A model generated the notes under the pieces. That model made no database searches. It was not told where the DNA came from and was given only the letters and a program-made list of their open reading frames with translations. A stretch of DNA of 64,000 nucleotides from Bacteroidota bacterium (GTDB lineage Bacteria; Bacteroidota; JABWAT01). Both the position numbers and the translations under genes were made by a program. How positions within the stretch are numbered: position 1 is the stretch's first letter; every line of letters begins with the position of its first letter. Where the stretch lies: positions 15,508 through 79,507 of the forward strand of contig JAKLJL010000008.1 in assembly GCA_023151185.1 (NCBI GenBank). Direction: 5' to 3'. Below are positions 20,201-28,001 of the stretch, piece after piece.

Positions 20201-21179
20201 GCTCTTCGGCTTGTTTCAGGATTTCACGTGATTCTTCAAGTTCTGCGGTGATCCGGTTTGCAGACTCGGGTGACCTGGCCCGCTTCCGCATCAGAATGAT
20301 CAGCAGAAAAATTAAAAAAAGAAAGGAGAATCCATAGGTCAGCCAGGGAAGCCAGATTTTAAACGGGGCAATGTCGGGGGTTTCCACCATCCATTTTTTC
20401 CGGAGCCCGGGCAGGGTACCATTGGCTTCAAGCCGGGCCAGAGCCTGGTCGAATTCTGCTTTATGCGAGGCTGCGAACTGCTTTCCCATCGGGAAGGCAA
20501 GCGGAAAGTGTTTCAGGAAAGGGGTTCCGTTCAGGCCAGTATGCAGGACCAGTTGTCCCTGATGGCCGGATGCGTTCTTGTAAAGTGAGTTGAAATAATC
20601 GTTGATCAGCCCGTCGAGGCGGCCGGCGTAAACTTCCTGAAAAATCGTATCGGTTGACGGGAAGGAAAGAAGGGTCAGATTCAGCCTTTTCCTGTTCAGG
20701 TCGGCTGCCAGAGCCTCACCGGTGCTGTTGAGCTTGACTCCCAGTTTCATACCTCTGATGTCTTCGAGACTTAAAGGATAGAGGGTATTTCGGGTAACCA
20801 GAACCAGGCCGGTTTCCAGGTAAGGCGCTGAATAGGGAAAGTAGTCCGATTCCCGTTCTTCGGTGTAATATATGGCGCCGATTGCCAGATCTGCAGAATC
20901 TGCGGCAAGAGTAGTGATCATGCCCGAAAAGGTTGATTTTTGCCAGGACCAGGTCCATCCTTTAAGGGCACAGACTGCCTGGAGGAGGTCGGCATCAAAT
21001 CCTTTCACCGTGGTGGAATCTGTCATGACGAAGGGGGGATAATCAGACAGGACAACCTTCAGGTGAACCGGGCCGGGGCTCTGGGCAAGAGTTGTGCAAG
21101 CCGGGAAAACTGTCAGGAAAAATAAGAAAACAGAGGTAAATGCCGTACCAAGTGATCGGGATCGGATAAGTGGGGTCAT
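17193..21179 (-). CDS. hybrid sensor histidine kinase: periplasmic SBP_bac_3 domain, TM, multiple PAS, HisKA, HATPase and receiver
   Basis: Signal peptide plus a solute-binding fold (..YPPFVM..KGFDADLL..). After the TM segment there are about 5 PAS-like repeats (..ITERK.. junctions). Also H-box ..GGIAHDFNNVL.., G-boxes ..DTGTGI.. / ..GTGLGLS.., and a receiver ..ILVVDDEE..SDMGMPHMNG..KP. Confidence 0.92.
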   Translation of the reverse strand: MTPLIRSRSLGTAFTSVFLFFLTVFPACTTLAQSPGPVHLKVVLSDYPPFVMTDSTTVKGFDADLLQAVCALKGWTWSWQKSTFSGMITTLAADSADLAIGAIYYTEERESDYFPYSAPYLETGLVLVTRNTLYPLSLEDIRGMKLGVKLNSTGEALAADLNRKRLNLTLLSFPSTDTIFQEVYAGRLDGLINDYFNSLYKNASGHQGQLVLHTGLNGTPFLKHFPLAFPMGKQFAASHKAEFDQALARLEANGTLPGLRKKWMVETPDIAPFKIWLPWLTYGFSFLFLIFLLIILMRKRARSPESANRITAELEESREILKQAEERYHTLLQQSSDGILLADSRTLVILETNSHACQVLGYSEDELTGKTLDHLLATGEAGPNKPAEGLFSGEKSFRHKVGYPVFTDTRSSRIHHGGQDLLMVTFRDITERKTVENALRQNEESYRILFGQSPSGLMTTDKTGIITRVNPVLVKLLGLEDDRSLVGKTVSALPAGIQDPETVYKKTLLGMESQELETSIDLPSGKRLFKLRLVPLTGNGGEPLGSLTLAEDCTDLTQSVETLRQNEERFRNLVEGIPSPVIISRVSDSSILFVSRFAEKVFGTPVETLIGRKTTEFYQDPDDKLEVMRQIRENGRITSFEMKVNIPGYGQVNLLASVSVITYNGEPCLLSIFIDITERKKSEKALRASEEKFRLLFDNAPLGIFHFDPSGIITACNQSFSDITGASRQDLIGKKHNTVPALKEFETVITKSLERYPVGYEGTYSFNPIVPFIKATFSPIILDDGGLVGGVGLIEDISQRKASEQALKESEERYRSIFQNMAEGIFQVDQSGRFLSVNEALIRMLGYDSAADLQKITYPDDFFMDPNDQIEVTQHALNPQLSKYIESYLRKKDGSSISANLNPRIVTDETGELKYFEVLVIDVSDLRQTENERRTLEQQLIQTQRLESLGTLAGGIAHDFNNVLSMILMAAESMKILSRDNDKLLRYCDMVSTSAERGAAIAKQLLLFARSENIDLSPVDLGSVVSEVRDLLLHSFPKSIRIDTRIDVKNTLILGNSGQIQQVIMNLAINGRDAMTEKIGDSGEEGILTLALQEVSGWDLTDQFPEAGLDPYILLTIADTGTGIDDQTLQRIFEPFFTTKERGKGTGLGLSIVHGIIRGHQGFITVKSAPGQGTTFFVYFPRLQSSEQIQGQTENATGLREKGTILVVDDEELIRETLLEILKNAGYQVITADNGLDGLEKYKRNQEKINLVISDMGMPHMNGLELFKNLKSLNASVRLIFTTGYLEHGSKSELLQKGARDVIFKPFRVQDLLSTISTVMTERKDGTP

Positions 21180-21201
21180 GGTGTCTCGTTCCCGGTCACA
21201 C

Positions 21202-21852
21202 TCAGGAACTTCCTTTCAGTTTGTTGATCTGATCTCTCAGGCTGGCGGCCCGCTCATAGTCTTCTGCTTCAATGGCCTGATTCATTTCAGTGATCAGCCG
21301 GTCCAGGACGGATACGGCTGAAGGCGCAGAGGCTGCCGGTTCCTCTTCTGCTTCGAACCCCGGGTCAAGACTTTCCGGGTCACTTTCCGGATCGTCGGAA
21401 AGGGAATCCTGATCGGGCTGGTCTTCGGTCTCTTCCTGGCGGACTTCGACCCCGGCTTCGTCCATAACCCGGTTGGCGACAAACAATGGGCAGGAAACCC
21501 GTAAAGCCAGGGCAATTGCATCACTGGGGCGCGCATCCAGACTGAAAATTTCTCCGGACCGGATGAGTTCAATCCGGGCGAAAAATACGCCGTCACGAAG
21601 AGAATGAATAACCACCTCCGTGACGGCTGCGCCTAGAATTTCAACCGTATTTTTCAGCAGATCGTGAGTCAGCGGCCGTGCAGTTTTAACATCTTCCAGA
21701 ATGATCGCAATACTTTGGGCTTCAGAAGCCCCGATGATTATCTGAAGACGGCGGTTCCCGTCTGTTTCTGCCAGTGTCAGTACAAAACTGCCCAGAGAAG
21801 ACGGACTTGTAGAAACCCCTAAAACCTGCACAGCAACCTTTTCCACCCGCAA
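21202..21852 (-). CDS. bifunctional nuclease (DUF151/BFN) domain protein with an acidic linker and a C-terminal UVR motif
   Basis: ..IIGASEAQSIAI..TARPLTHDLL.. and ..DARPSDAIALALR.. match the BFN family. The C-terminus ..AIEAEDYERAASLRDQINKL is a UvrB/C-type motif. Confidence 0.8.
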   Translation of the reverse strand: MRVEKVAVQVLGVSTSPSSLGSFVLTLAETDGNRRLQIIIGASEAQSIAIILEDVKTARPLTHDLLKNTVEILGAAVTEVVIHSLRDGVFFARIELIRSGEIFSLDARPSDAIALALRVSCPLFVANRVMDEAGVEVRQEETEDQPDQDSLSDDPESDPESLDPGFEAEEEPAASAPSAVSVLDRLITEMNQAIEAEDYERAASLRDQINKLKGSS

Positions 21853-21858
21853 CTCCGG

Positions 21859-22833
21859 TTAATTTGACTGTTTTTTTAATTCTGCCGTCAGGGCAGGAAC
21901 AATTTCGAACAGATCGGCCACAATCCCGTAATCGGCAATCTGGAAGATTGGTGCTTCTTTGTCCTTGTTGATGGCCACGATCACTTTCGAGGAACTCATA
22001 CCGGCCAGATGCTGGATTGCACCGGAAATTCCGCAGGCAATATAGAGTTTCGGTGAGATGACTTTTCCGGTTTGCCCGACCTGGTCCTCATGCGGTCTGT
22101 ATCCTGAATCGACGGCTGCCCGGCTGGCACCCACTGCACCGCCAAGAACGTCGGCAAGATCTTCGAGCAATTTAAAGTTCTCTGCACTGCCCAGAGACCG
22201 GCCGCCGGATACAACAATTTCAGCTTCCGCAACATCGAGTTTTCCTGAGGACGAAACCACATCGGTAACCCGGCATCCGAAATCAGCCTCTGTAAAGCTG
22301 ACAGGGATCTCTTCTGTTTCCGCAGCAGCAGGCGCCGGAATTGCAGGAAACGCATTTGGCCTCAGAGTCAGAACCTTAACCGGCTGAAGCAGATCGACCG
22401 ATGACAGGGCTTTACCGGTATAAACCGGCCGGATGACTTTCAAAGAACCTCCAACGGCAGAAACGCTGGTGCAGTCACTGGCAAATGAAGCTTCCAGATG
22501 TACTGCTGTGTAAGCCCCGAGTTCCTTTCCCATGGCAGTAGCCGAAAACAGGATTACACTGGCTGATTTTGCTTTGGCAACGGCAGTTACTGCGGTTGCA
22601 AAAGCCCGGTTGGCATAAGTTCCCAGGCGGGAGTCCGTAACCGTCAGAACCGAGGAAACCCCATAACCGGCTGCCTCGGCAGTCAGGGCGGAAACGGAGG
22701 CATCGCCGGTCAGGACGACGTGAGGGGTCAAACCCAGAGAACCGGCAAGGGATGCACCGGCAGAGATGGCCTCGAAACTGGATTTTTTGATTTTTCCGTT
22801 ACGGTGTTCAGCAAAAATGAGTAAAGATGACAT
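21859..22833 (-). CDS. etfA: electron transfer flavoprotein alpha subunit
   Basis: The C-terminal FAD-binding motif ..[27 protein letters not shown].. . The ATG at 22833 is preceded by GGAGG; the ORF-track start at 22845 is a TTG. Confidence 0.93.
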   Translation of the reverse strand: MSSLLIFAEHRNGKIKKSSFEAISAGASLAGSLGLTPHVVLTGDASVSALTAEAAGYGVSSVLTVTDSRLGTYANRAFATAVTAVAKAKSASVILFSATAMGKELGAYTAVHLEASFASDCTSVSAVGGSLKVIRPVYTGKALSSVDLLQPVKVLTLRPNAFPAIPAPAAAETEEIPVSFTEADFGCRVTDVVSSSGKLDVAEAEIVVSGGRSLGSAENFKLLEDLADVLGGAVGASRAAVDSGYRPHEDQVGQTGKVISPKLYIACGISGAIQHLAGMSSSKVIVAINKDKEAPIFQIADYGIVADLFEIVPALTAELKKQSN

Positions 22834-22847
22834 GTTTTCCTCCAACC

Positions 22848-23594
22848 TTAAATGACTTTGGCTTCATTGTGAAGCAGTTCAACCAGTGCCGGCACGGCAG
22901 TAACATCCGATCCGACAATTTTACCAGCAGGTTTTGCCGGCGGTTTGGAGAGTTCAGTGATCACGGTTGAAGACGGTCCGCCTGAAAAGGCAATTTCTTC
23001 CGGTTTCTTGGTTTTGCTGGCCATAATTCCCTTCAGGGTCGGCAGACGGGGTTCATTCAGGCCTTTCTGACAGGAAATAACAGCCGGAAGGGTGGTTTCG
23101 ACCAGTTCCTTACCGCCTTCAATTTCCCGTTCTGCTTTAACCTGAGTGCCCGAGATTTCAAGTTTCACCACAATGTTGACCACATTAATGCCGAGCAGGG
23201 CAGCCAGGAAAGTTGAAAATTGGCCGGAATTGCTGTCAACCGATTCCTTTCCGGTGAAAATCAGGTCAGCATTTGCTGTTTTGAGGTAGGCGGCAACTGC
23301 TCTGGCTGCGGCAAATCCGTCAAAATCGGCATCGGTTTTCAGATGAACTGCTTTATCTGCACCCATGGCAAGTGCTTTCCGGATGGTGTTCAGTACCGAG
23401 TCATCCCCGGCCGAGATCACACAAACTTCGCCACCGGCAGCTTCCTTTACCCGCAAAGCCTGCTCGACCGCAATTTCATCGTAGGGATTCAAAATATAAT
23501 TCACGTCAGTCCTGTCGATTGATTTTCCGTCAGCAGCCGGTTTGATCCGGGTAGCTGTATCGGGAACCTGACTGACACACACAAAAATGTTCAT
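22848..23594 (-). CDS. etfB: electron transfer flavoprotein beta subunit
   Basis: MNIFVCVSQVPDT.., ..NPYDEIAVEQALR.. and ..LIFTGKESVDSNSGQ.. . Confidence 0.93.
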   Translation of the reverse strand: MNIFVCVSQVPDTATRIKPAADGKSIDRTDVNYILNPYDEIAVEQALRVKEAAGGEVCVISAGDDSVLNTIRKALAMGADKAVHLKTDADFDGFAAARAVAAYLKTANADLIFTGKESVDSNSGQFSTFLAALLGINVVNIVVKLEISGTQVKAEREIEGGKELVETTLPAVISCQKGLNEPRLPTLKGIMASKTKKPEEIAFSGGPSSTVITELSKPPAKPAGKIVGSDVTAVPALVELLHNEAKVI

Positions 23595-23620
23595 TTCCGG
23601 TCTCCTTTTCTGTTATAAGC

Positions 23621-24700
23621 TTAGATCAATTCATGCCGCAGGGCAGAAAGAAACTGGTCATTTTCTTCCTCCGTCCCGATGGTGACCCTCAGGCAGCCGG
23701 CCATTAACGGATAGCTGCTGACATCCCGAACCAGAATTCCTTTCGAAATCAGGCCGTTAAACAGGTCAGAATGGGGTTTGCTTAAGCCTTTAAAGATAAA
23801 AAAGTTTGTATCTGAATCAAATATGAAAAGTCCGGGAAGTTGCTTCAATCCGCTAAAAACCCGCTGTTTTTCCATCATGAGGCGGCGGGTTGTTGCGGCA
23901 ATCACCTCGGGATGGTCCAGCAGTTTTGAAGCAATAATCTGACTCATTTCGTCGACTGTAAACGGGACTTTTGTTTTCTGAAGCTGCCTGATGATTTCTG
24001 GCGATGATGCCAGGTAACCAAGCCTTAATCCCGCCAGCCCGAATGCTTTCGAAAAAGTCCTGAGAAGGATCAGATTGTCAAATTCTGCCAGACGGTCAAC
24101 AAGGGACGGGTTTTCAGAAAATTCAATGTAAGCTTCATCGACCCAGACAAGCCCGGTGCTTGACCGGATGAGTTCAACCAGATCCTGGTAGGGGATCCGC
24201 TGGCCTGACGGATTATTCGGACTGGGCAGAATGACCAGCTTCGGCTGCCGGGTTCGGATCATCTCCTTCAGGAATTCCATATCAACTGCCAGGGTCTCAG
24301 GATTGCTTTTCCCGGAAATGACCCGGGCTTCGCAGAATCCCGCCACAGTTTTATACAGAGAAAAGGCCGGTTCCGGTATCAAAACTTCATCTCCCCGGTC
24401 CAGTATAGCCCAGAGTGATGAGTAAATGAGTTCATTGCTTCCATGACCCATCAGTACAGATCCGGAGTCAAGCCCCAAAATCCGGGTCAGTTTTTCAATC
24501 AGATGATCCGGGAAAACTGTGGGATACCGGTTCCAGGCTGCAGCAAGAAGATCTGCCTCAATTTCCTTTTTTAAATCGGCAGGAAACGGGAACGGGTTTT
24601 CATTCTGGTTCAATTTTACCGGGCAGACATGCTCGGTGACGGAGTATGCCTTTTCTTTGAGAACGGCACTGCGGAAGAGGGAATCAAGCGGTCTGGTCAT
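23621..24700 (-). CDS. hisC: histidinol-phosphate aminotransferase
   Basis: ..KLNQNENPFP.., ..PSPNNPSG.., ..VDEAYIEF.. and the PLP lysine region ..RTFSKAFGLAGLRLGY.. . Confidence 0.92.
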   Translation of the reverse strand: MTRPLDSLFRSAVLKEKAYSVTEHVCPVKLNQNENPFPFPADLKKEIEADLLAAAWNRYPTVFPDHLIEKLTRILGLDSGSVLMGHGSNELIYSSLWAILDRGDEVLIPEPAFSLYKTVAGFCEARVISGKSNPETLAVDMEFLKEMIRTRQPKLVILPSPNNPSGQRIPYQDLVELIRSSTGLVWVDEAYIEFSENPSLVDRLAEFDNLILLRTFSKAFGLAGLRLGYLASSPEIIRQLQKTKVPFTVDEMSQIIASKLLDHPEVIAATTRRLMMEKQRVFSGLKQLPGLFIFDSDTNFFIFKGLSKPHSDLFNGLISKGILVRDVSSYPLMAGCLRVTIGTEEENDQFLSALRHELI

Positions 24701-24712
24701 TGGCGTGCAAAA

Positions 24713-25258
24713 TTAAGTTTCAGGGTTGATGAGAGAAAACAGGTCGCCGTCGTGCCATTTGCCGTTCAGTAATACCCGGTCTTTCAAACGGGCTTCATAA
24801 GCAGCACCGGTCTTGCGGGCAACTGACAGACTGGCCAGATTCTCGGATGAGGCCAGAATTTCAATCCGGTGAAGTCCCAGATCGCTGAACCCGAATTGAA
24901 CCACCAGCCGGGCTGCTTCAGTTGCAATTCCCGATCCGGTCCGGGCAGAAGTCACCCAATACCCGGCATTGGCCTTCAGATTCAGCCAGTCAAATTGATT
25001 CAGGCCGCAGCCACCGGTTAAATTTCCAATCTCATTATCGAAAATTCCAAAGGAAAAATCGGATTTATCTTCCCAGGCTTTTTCAGTCCAGGCCAGATAG
25101 GCCAGAGTGTCAGATTCCTGATACGATAAAGTTGCCCACGGCATCCAGGGGTGCAGTGACGGAATGGAATCCCGGATTGCCCGGAACAGAATCAGGCTGT
25201 CTTTCCGGGTCAGCCGGCGTAAAGAAATGCGGTCACCGGTCAGGACTTCACGGATCAT
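24713..25258 (-). CDS. GNAT-family N-acetyltransferase (RimJ/RimL-like)
   Basis: ..ISLRRLTRKD.. and the acetyl-CoA motif ..ARTGSGIATEAARLVVQFGF..LGLHRIE.. . The ATG at 25258 forms an ATGA overlap with the hisD stop. Confidence 0.85.
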   Translation of the reverse strand: MIREVLTGDRISLRRLTRKDSLILFRAIRDSIPSLHPWMPWATLSYQESDTLAYLAWTEKAWEDKSDFSFGIFDNEIGNLTGGCGLNQFDWLNLKANAGYWVTSARTGSGIATEAARLVVQFGFSDLGLHRIEILASSENLASLSVARKTGAAYEARLKDRVLLNGKWHDGDLFSLINPET

Positions 25259-26541
25259 GGTGTCTCTCCGGTCCGGCATCTGACCGATTCAGCATGGGCA
25301 GAAAGGTTTTCCAGATCTGCAAGGGAAGCAATGGCCGGTCCGTAAGCCTGAACGGCCTCTGCCGAATACCGGATGACCGAGGTCCGCTTGATGAAATCAT
25401 AAACTCCCAGCGGTGAGAAAAACCGGGCAGTTCCGCAGGTGGGCAGTACATGATTGGGACCGGCAAAATAGTCACCGACTGCTTCTGGGGTAAAGTGCCC
25501 CAAAAAGACGGCCCCGGCATGCTGGACATCCTGAAGATGTTCCATCGGGTTCCGGATTGCCAGTTCAAGATGCTCAGGCGCAATCAGATTGGCTAAACGG
25601 AAAGACTCTGAGAGTGATTCAGTCAGCAAAATGCCGCCGAAACCGGCCAGTGAGGCAGAAATGATGTCTTTCCTGGGCTGGGTTTCGAGTAAAACCGGAA
25701 TCAGATCCAGAACGTTCTTTGCCAGTTCCCGGTCGTGGGTAATCAGGGTCACCGCAGCCAGTTCATCATGTTCGGCCTGGCTGAACAGATCATAAATTAA
25801 ATGCTCAGGGTTGGCTGTTTCATCCGCCAGAAGGGTGACTTCGCTTGGCCCGGCAATGCTGTCAATTTTAACAAAACCGAACACCAGTTGTTTGGCTTTT
25901 GCCACATATTGGTTTCCCGGGCCGACAATCATATCTACCGGCCGGATCGTTTCGGTTCCGAATGCAAGTGCCCCGATCGCCTGAGCGCCGCCAATCCGGT
26001 ACACTTCAGTAAGACCGAGCAGCGAACAGGTTGCCAGGACCGACTTGTTCACGTCACCTTCAGCAGAAGATGGCGTAACAACAGCGATTTCAGTGCAGCC
26101 GGCAACCTGAGCCGGAATGACATTCATCAGAAGGGATGAAGGGTAAAATGCTTTGCCTCCGGGGACATAAACACCTACCCGGCTGATCGGGGTGATTTTC
26201 TGACCCAGGACGATACCATATTCCCGTTCTGTCAGCCAGGTTTTTTCGGCTTGAAGACGGTGAAAATCCCGGATGTTCCCTGCTGCCTGAAGCAAGGCAT
26301 CCCGGATGGCGGGCGACAGGCTTTTTTCTGCGTCCTTTATATCTGATGAAGAAATCCGGAGGGTAGTCAGATCGGCACGGTCAAACCGTTTTGAAAATGC
26401 CCGGACGGCTTTATCTCCGTTTTGTCTGACCTCCCGGAGAATCGAACTGACGGTCTCCTGCAAAGAGTCTGAATCGAAAAGCCTCCGGGTCTTCAGAAGA
26501 TCCAGATAGGGCTGGTGGTTGTTCGGCTGATAGAGTTTCAT
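25255..26541 (-). CDS. hisD: histidinol dehydrogenase
   Basis: ..VGVYVPGGKAFYPSS.., ..IAGPSEV.., ..SQAEHD.. and ..APEHLEL.. are classical HisD motifs. Confidence 0.95.
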   Translation of the reverse strand: MKLYQPNNHQPYLDLLKTRRLFDSDSLQETVSSILREVRQNGDKAVRAFSKRFDRADLTTLRISSSDIKDAEKSLSPAIRDALLQAAGNIRDFHRLQAEKTWLTEREYGIVLGQKITPISRVGVYVPGGKAFYPSSLLMNVIPAQVAGCTEIAVVTPSSAEGDVNKSVLATCSLLGLTEVYRIGGAQAIGALAFGTETIRPVDMIVGPGNQYVAKAKQLVFGFVKIDSIAGPSEVTLLADETANPEHLIYDLFSQAEHDELAAVTLITHDRELAKNVLDLIPVLLETQPRKDIISASLAGFGGILLTESLSESFRLANLIAPEHLELAIRNPMEHLQDVQHAGAVFLGHFTPEAVGDYFAGPNHVLPTCGTARFFSPLGVYDFIKRTSVIRYSAEAVQAYGPAIASLADLENLSAHAESVRCRTGETP

Positions 26542-26563
26542 GGTTTAATCCTGATAAAAACAG

Positions 26564-26588
26564 AAAAACCTGCCGGAAGCAGGTTTTT
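26564..26588 (-). terminator. rho-independent terminator downstream of the coiled-coil protein gene (symmetric A/T flanks, possibly bidirectional)
   Basis: aaaaacctgc-cggaa-gcaggttttt, a 6-bp GC-rich stem extended by A:T pairs with runs on both sides. Confidence 0.65.
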
Positions 26589-26623
26589 CAATGAAAATTC
26601 AAAGAGGCCTGTCCGGTTAAAGG

Positions 26624-27844
26624 TCAGCCGGCATGATGTCCGTCTTTTTCGAGTTTTGCCAGTTTTCGGGTAATTTCGGCGATCAGGTTTTCCTGAACGT
26701 CGAGAACTTCCTGTGCTTTCCTGATAAAAGTTTGCCGGTCAGAAGCCTTGATTTCTTTCTGAAGTTTGGCTTTTGCTTCCATGTGCTGGGCCAACTGAGC
26801 CTTCAGATCATCGGCAACCCGCGATTTTTCCTGGGCTTTCTTTTCATTTTCTTTCTGATACTGCATTTCCCGGTACTGCTTCTGCTTCTCAATTTCCTGA
26901 TGGTAAGATTCGAACTGAGTTTGCATTTCAGTCCAGAGAGACTTGAACCGTTTGAAAATTTTATCCTTCTGGCGGCGTTTCATGACCATGTCAATGGCCT
27001 TTTTCTGAAGCTGCTTGTACTGGTTGAACGCTTCCTTCGGATTCTTGATTTCGGCAAGCCGGGCGGCAAAGGCTTCAACTTCCTGTTCCAGGCTGTCATG
27101 GTTGGCCGTGTAAACCCCCGAGAGCAGTTCCTTAGCGTCTTCCTTTGCCTTTTTCCACTTTTTCCAAAGGGCATCGACGTGTTTTTTAATCAGCTTTTCG
27201 TCAGAAAGCTCACCTTTAATGGCTTCCATTGCCTGGAAGAACCGGTCATAGGCTTCCTGGGATTTTTCGGAAACTGAGTTTTTAAGTGCTTCGGTTTGGA
27301 CATCGATCCGCTGAAGCAGGCTTTCCTTCAGGGTTTCTGATTCCTGAACCCGGGCTTCACGGGCAGCCTTTTTCTGCTCTTCGAAAGAACTGAGCATTTC
27401 TTCGAGCTTCTTTTCATACTGTTCCCTGACTTCCTTATCCAGAGGCCGCAGGGTTTTAACCCGTTTCTGTAACCGGACGAGGTTGGTGAACAGTTCCAGT
27501 GAAAAATCCGGATTTTCACCTGATACATGTTCAGAATACCGTGCAGCAATCGGTTCAACTTCCTTTTCGAGCAGGGATTTGTTGTAATTCATCTGCTCTT
27601 TCAGTGCAATATATTTTCTTTCCCGCTCGGCCTGATAGGTTTTTACCCGGTTGATCGATGCTTCAAGTTCTGCCTTGTACAACTCATAATCAGAGGTTTT
27701 CAGGTCAGGGAACTTGACCAGATGGTTGGTGAATTCGGTCACCTTTTTCCAGTAATCCTGTTTATGTTCGAGGGTATTGGAAAGAAGCCGGGATTCCAGG
27801 GATTTCAGCTCTTCAAATTCTTTTACGATGAACTCGGCGGACAT
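26624..27844 (-). CDS. K/E/Q-rich all-helical (coiled-coil) protein, function unknown
   Basis: 406 aa with no TM segment or signal peptide, and heptad-like charged repeats throughout. Recurring ..LW..W/F.. elements are faintly reminiscent of DUF349 repeats, but that is uncertain. Confidence 0.65.
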   Translation of the reverse strand: MSAEFIVKEFEELKSLESRLLSNTLEHKQDYWKKVTEFTNHLVKFPDLKTSDYELYKAELEASINRVKTYQAERERKYIALKEQMNYNKSLLEKEVEPIAARYSEHVSGENPDFSLELFTNLVRLQKRVKTLRPLDKEVREQYEKKLEEMLSSFEEQKKAAREARVQESETLKESLLQRIDVQTEALKNSVSEKSQEAYDRFFQAMEAIKGELSDEKLIKKHVDALWKKWKKAKEDAKELLSGVYTANHDSLEQEVEAFAARLAEIKNPKEAFNQYKQLQKKAIDMVMKRRQKDKIFKRFKSLWTEMQTQFESYHQEIEKQKQYREMQYQKENEKKAQEKSRVADDLKAQLAQHMEAKAKLQKEIKASDRQTFIRKAQEVLDVQENLIAEITRKLAKLEKDGHHAG

Positions 27845-28001
27845 AAAGACCTTTACACGGTTAGTTCAGGCTGGGACACTCCGGCCCGGGGCAAACCGGA
27901 CCAGACACATATTTAGTGATACAGAACATGCAAAAATAAGAGATTGAGGGTTAGATTCAACTGGTTTGTTGTCATTTCCCCCGTGAAACTGTTTTCTTGC
28001 C

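Noticed and set aside
26633-27277. A 214-aa plus-strand ORF rich in F/L, antisense to the coiled-coil protein gene.
   Set aside because: It is a mirror artefact. The K/E codons (AAG/GAA) of the minus-strand gene read as L/F on the opposite strand. It has no motifs, and the sense gene has a coherent start, stop and terminator.
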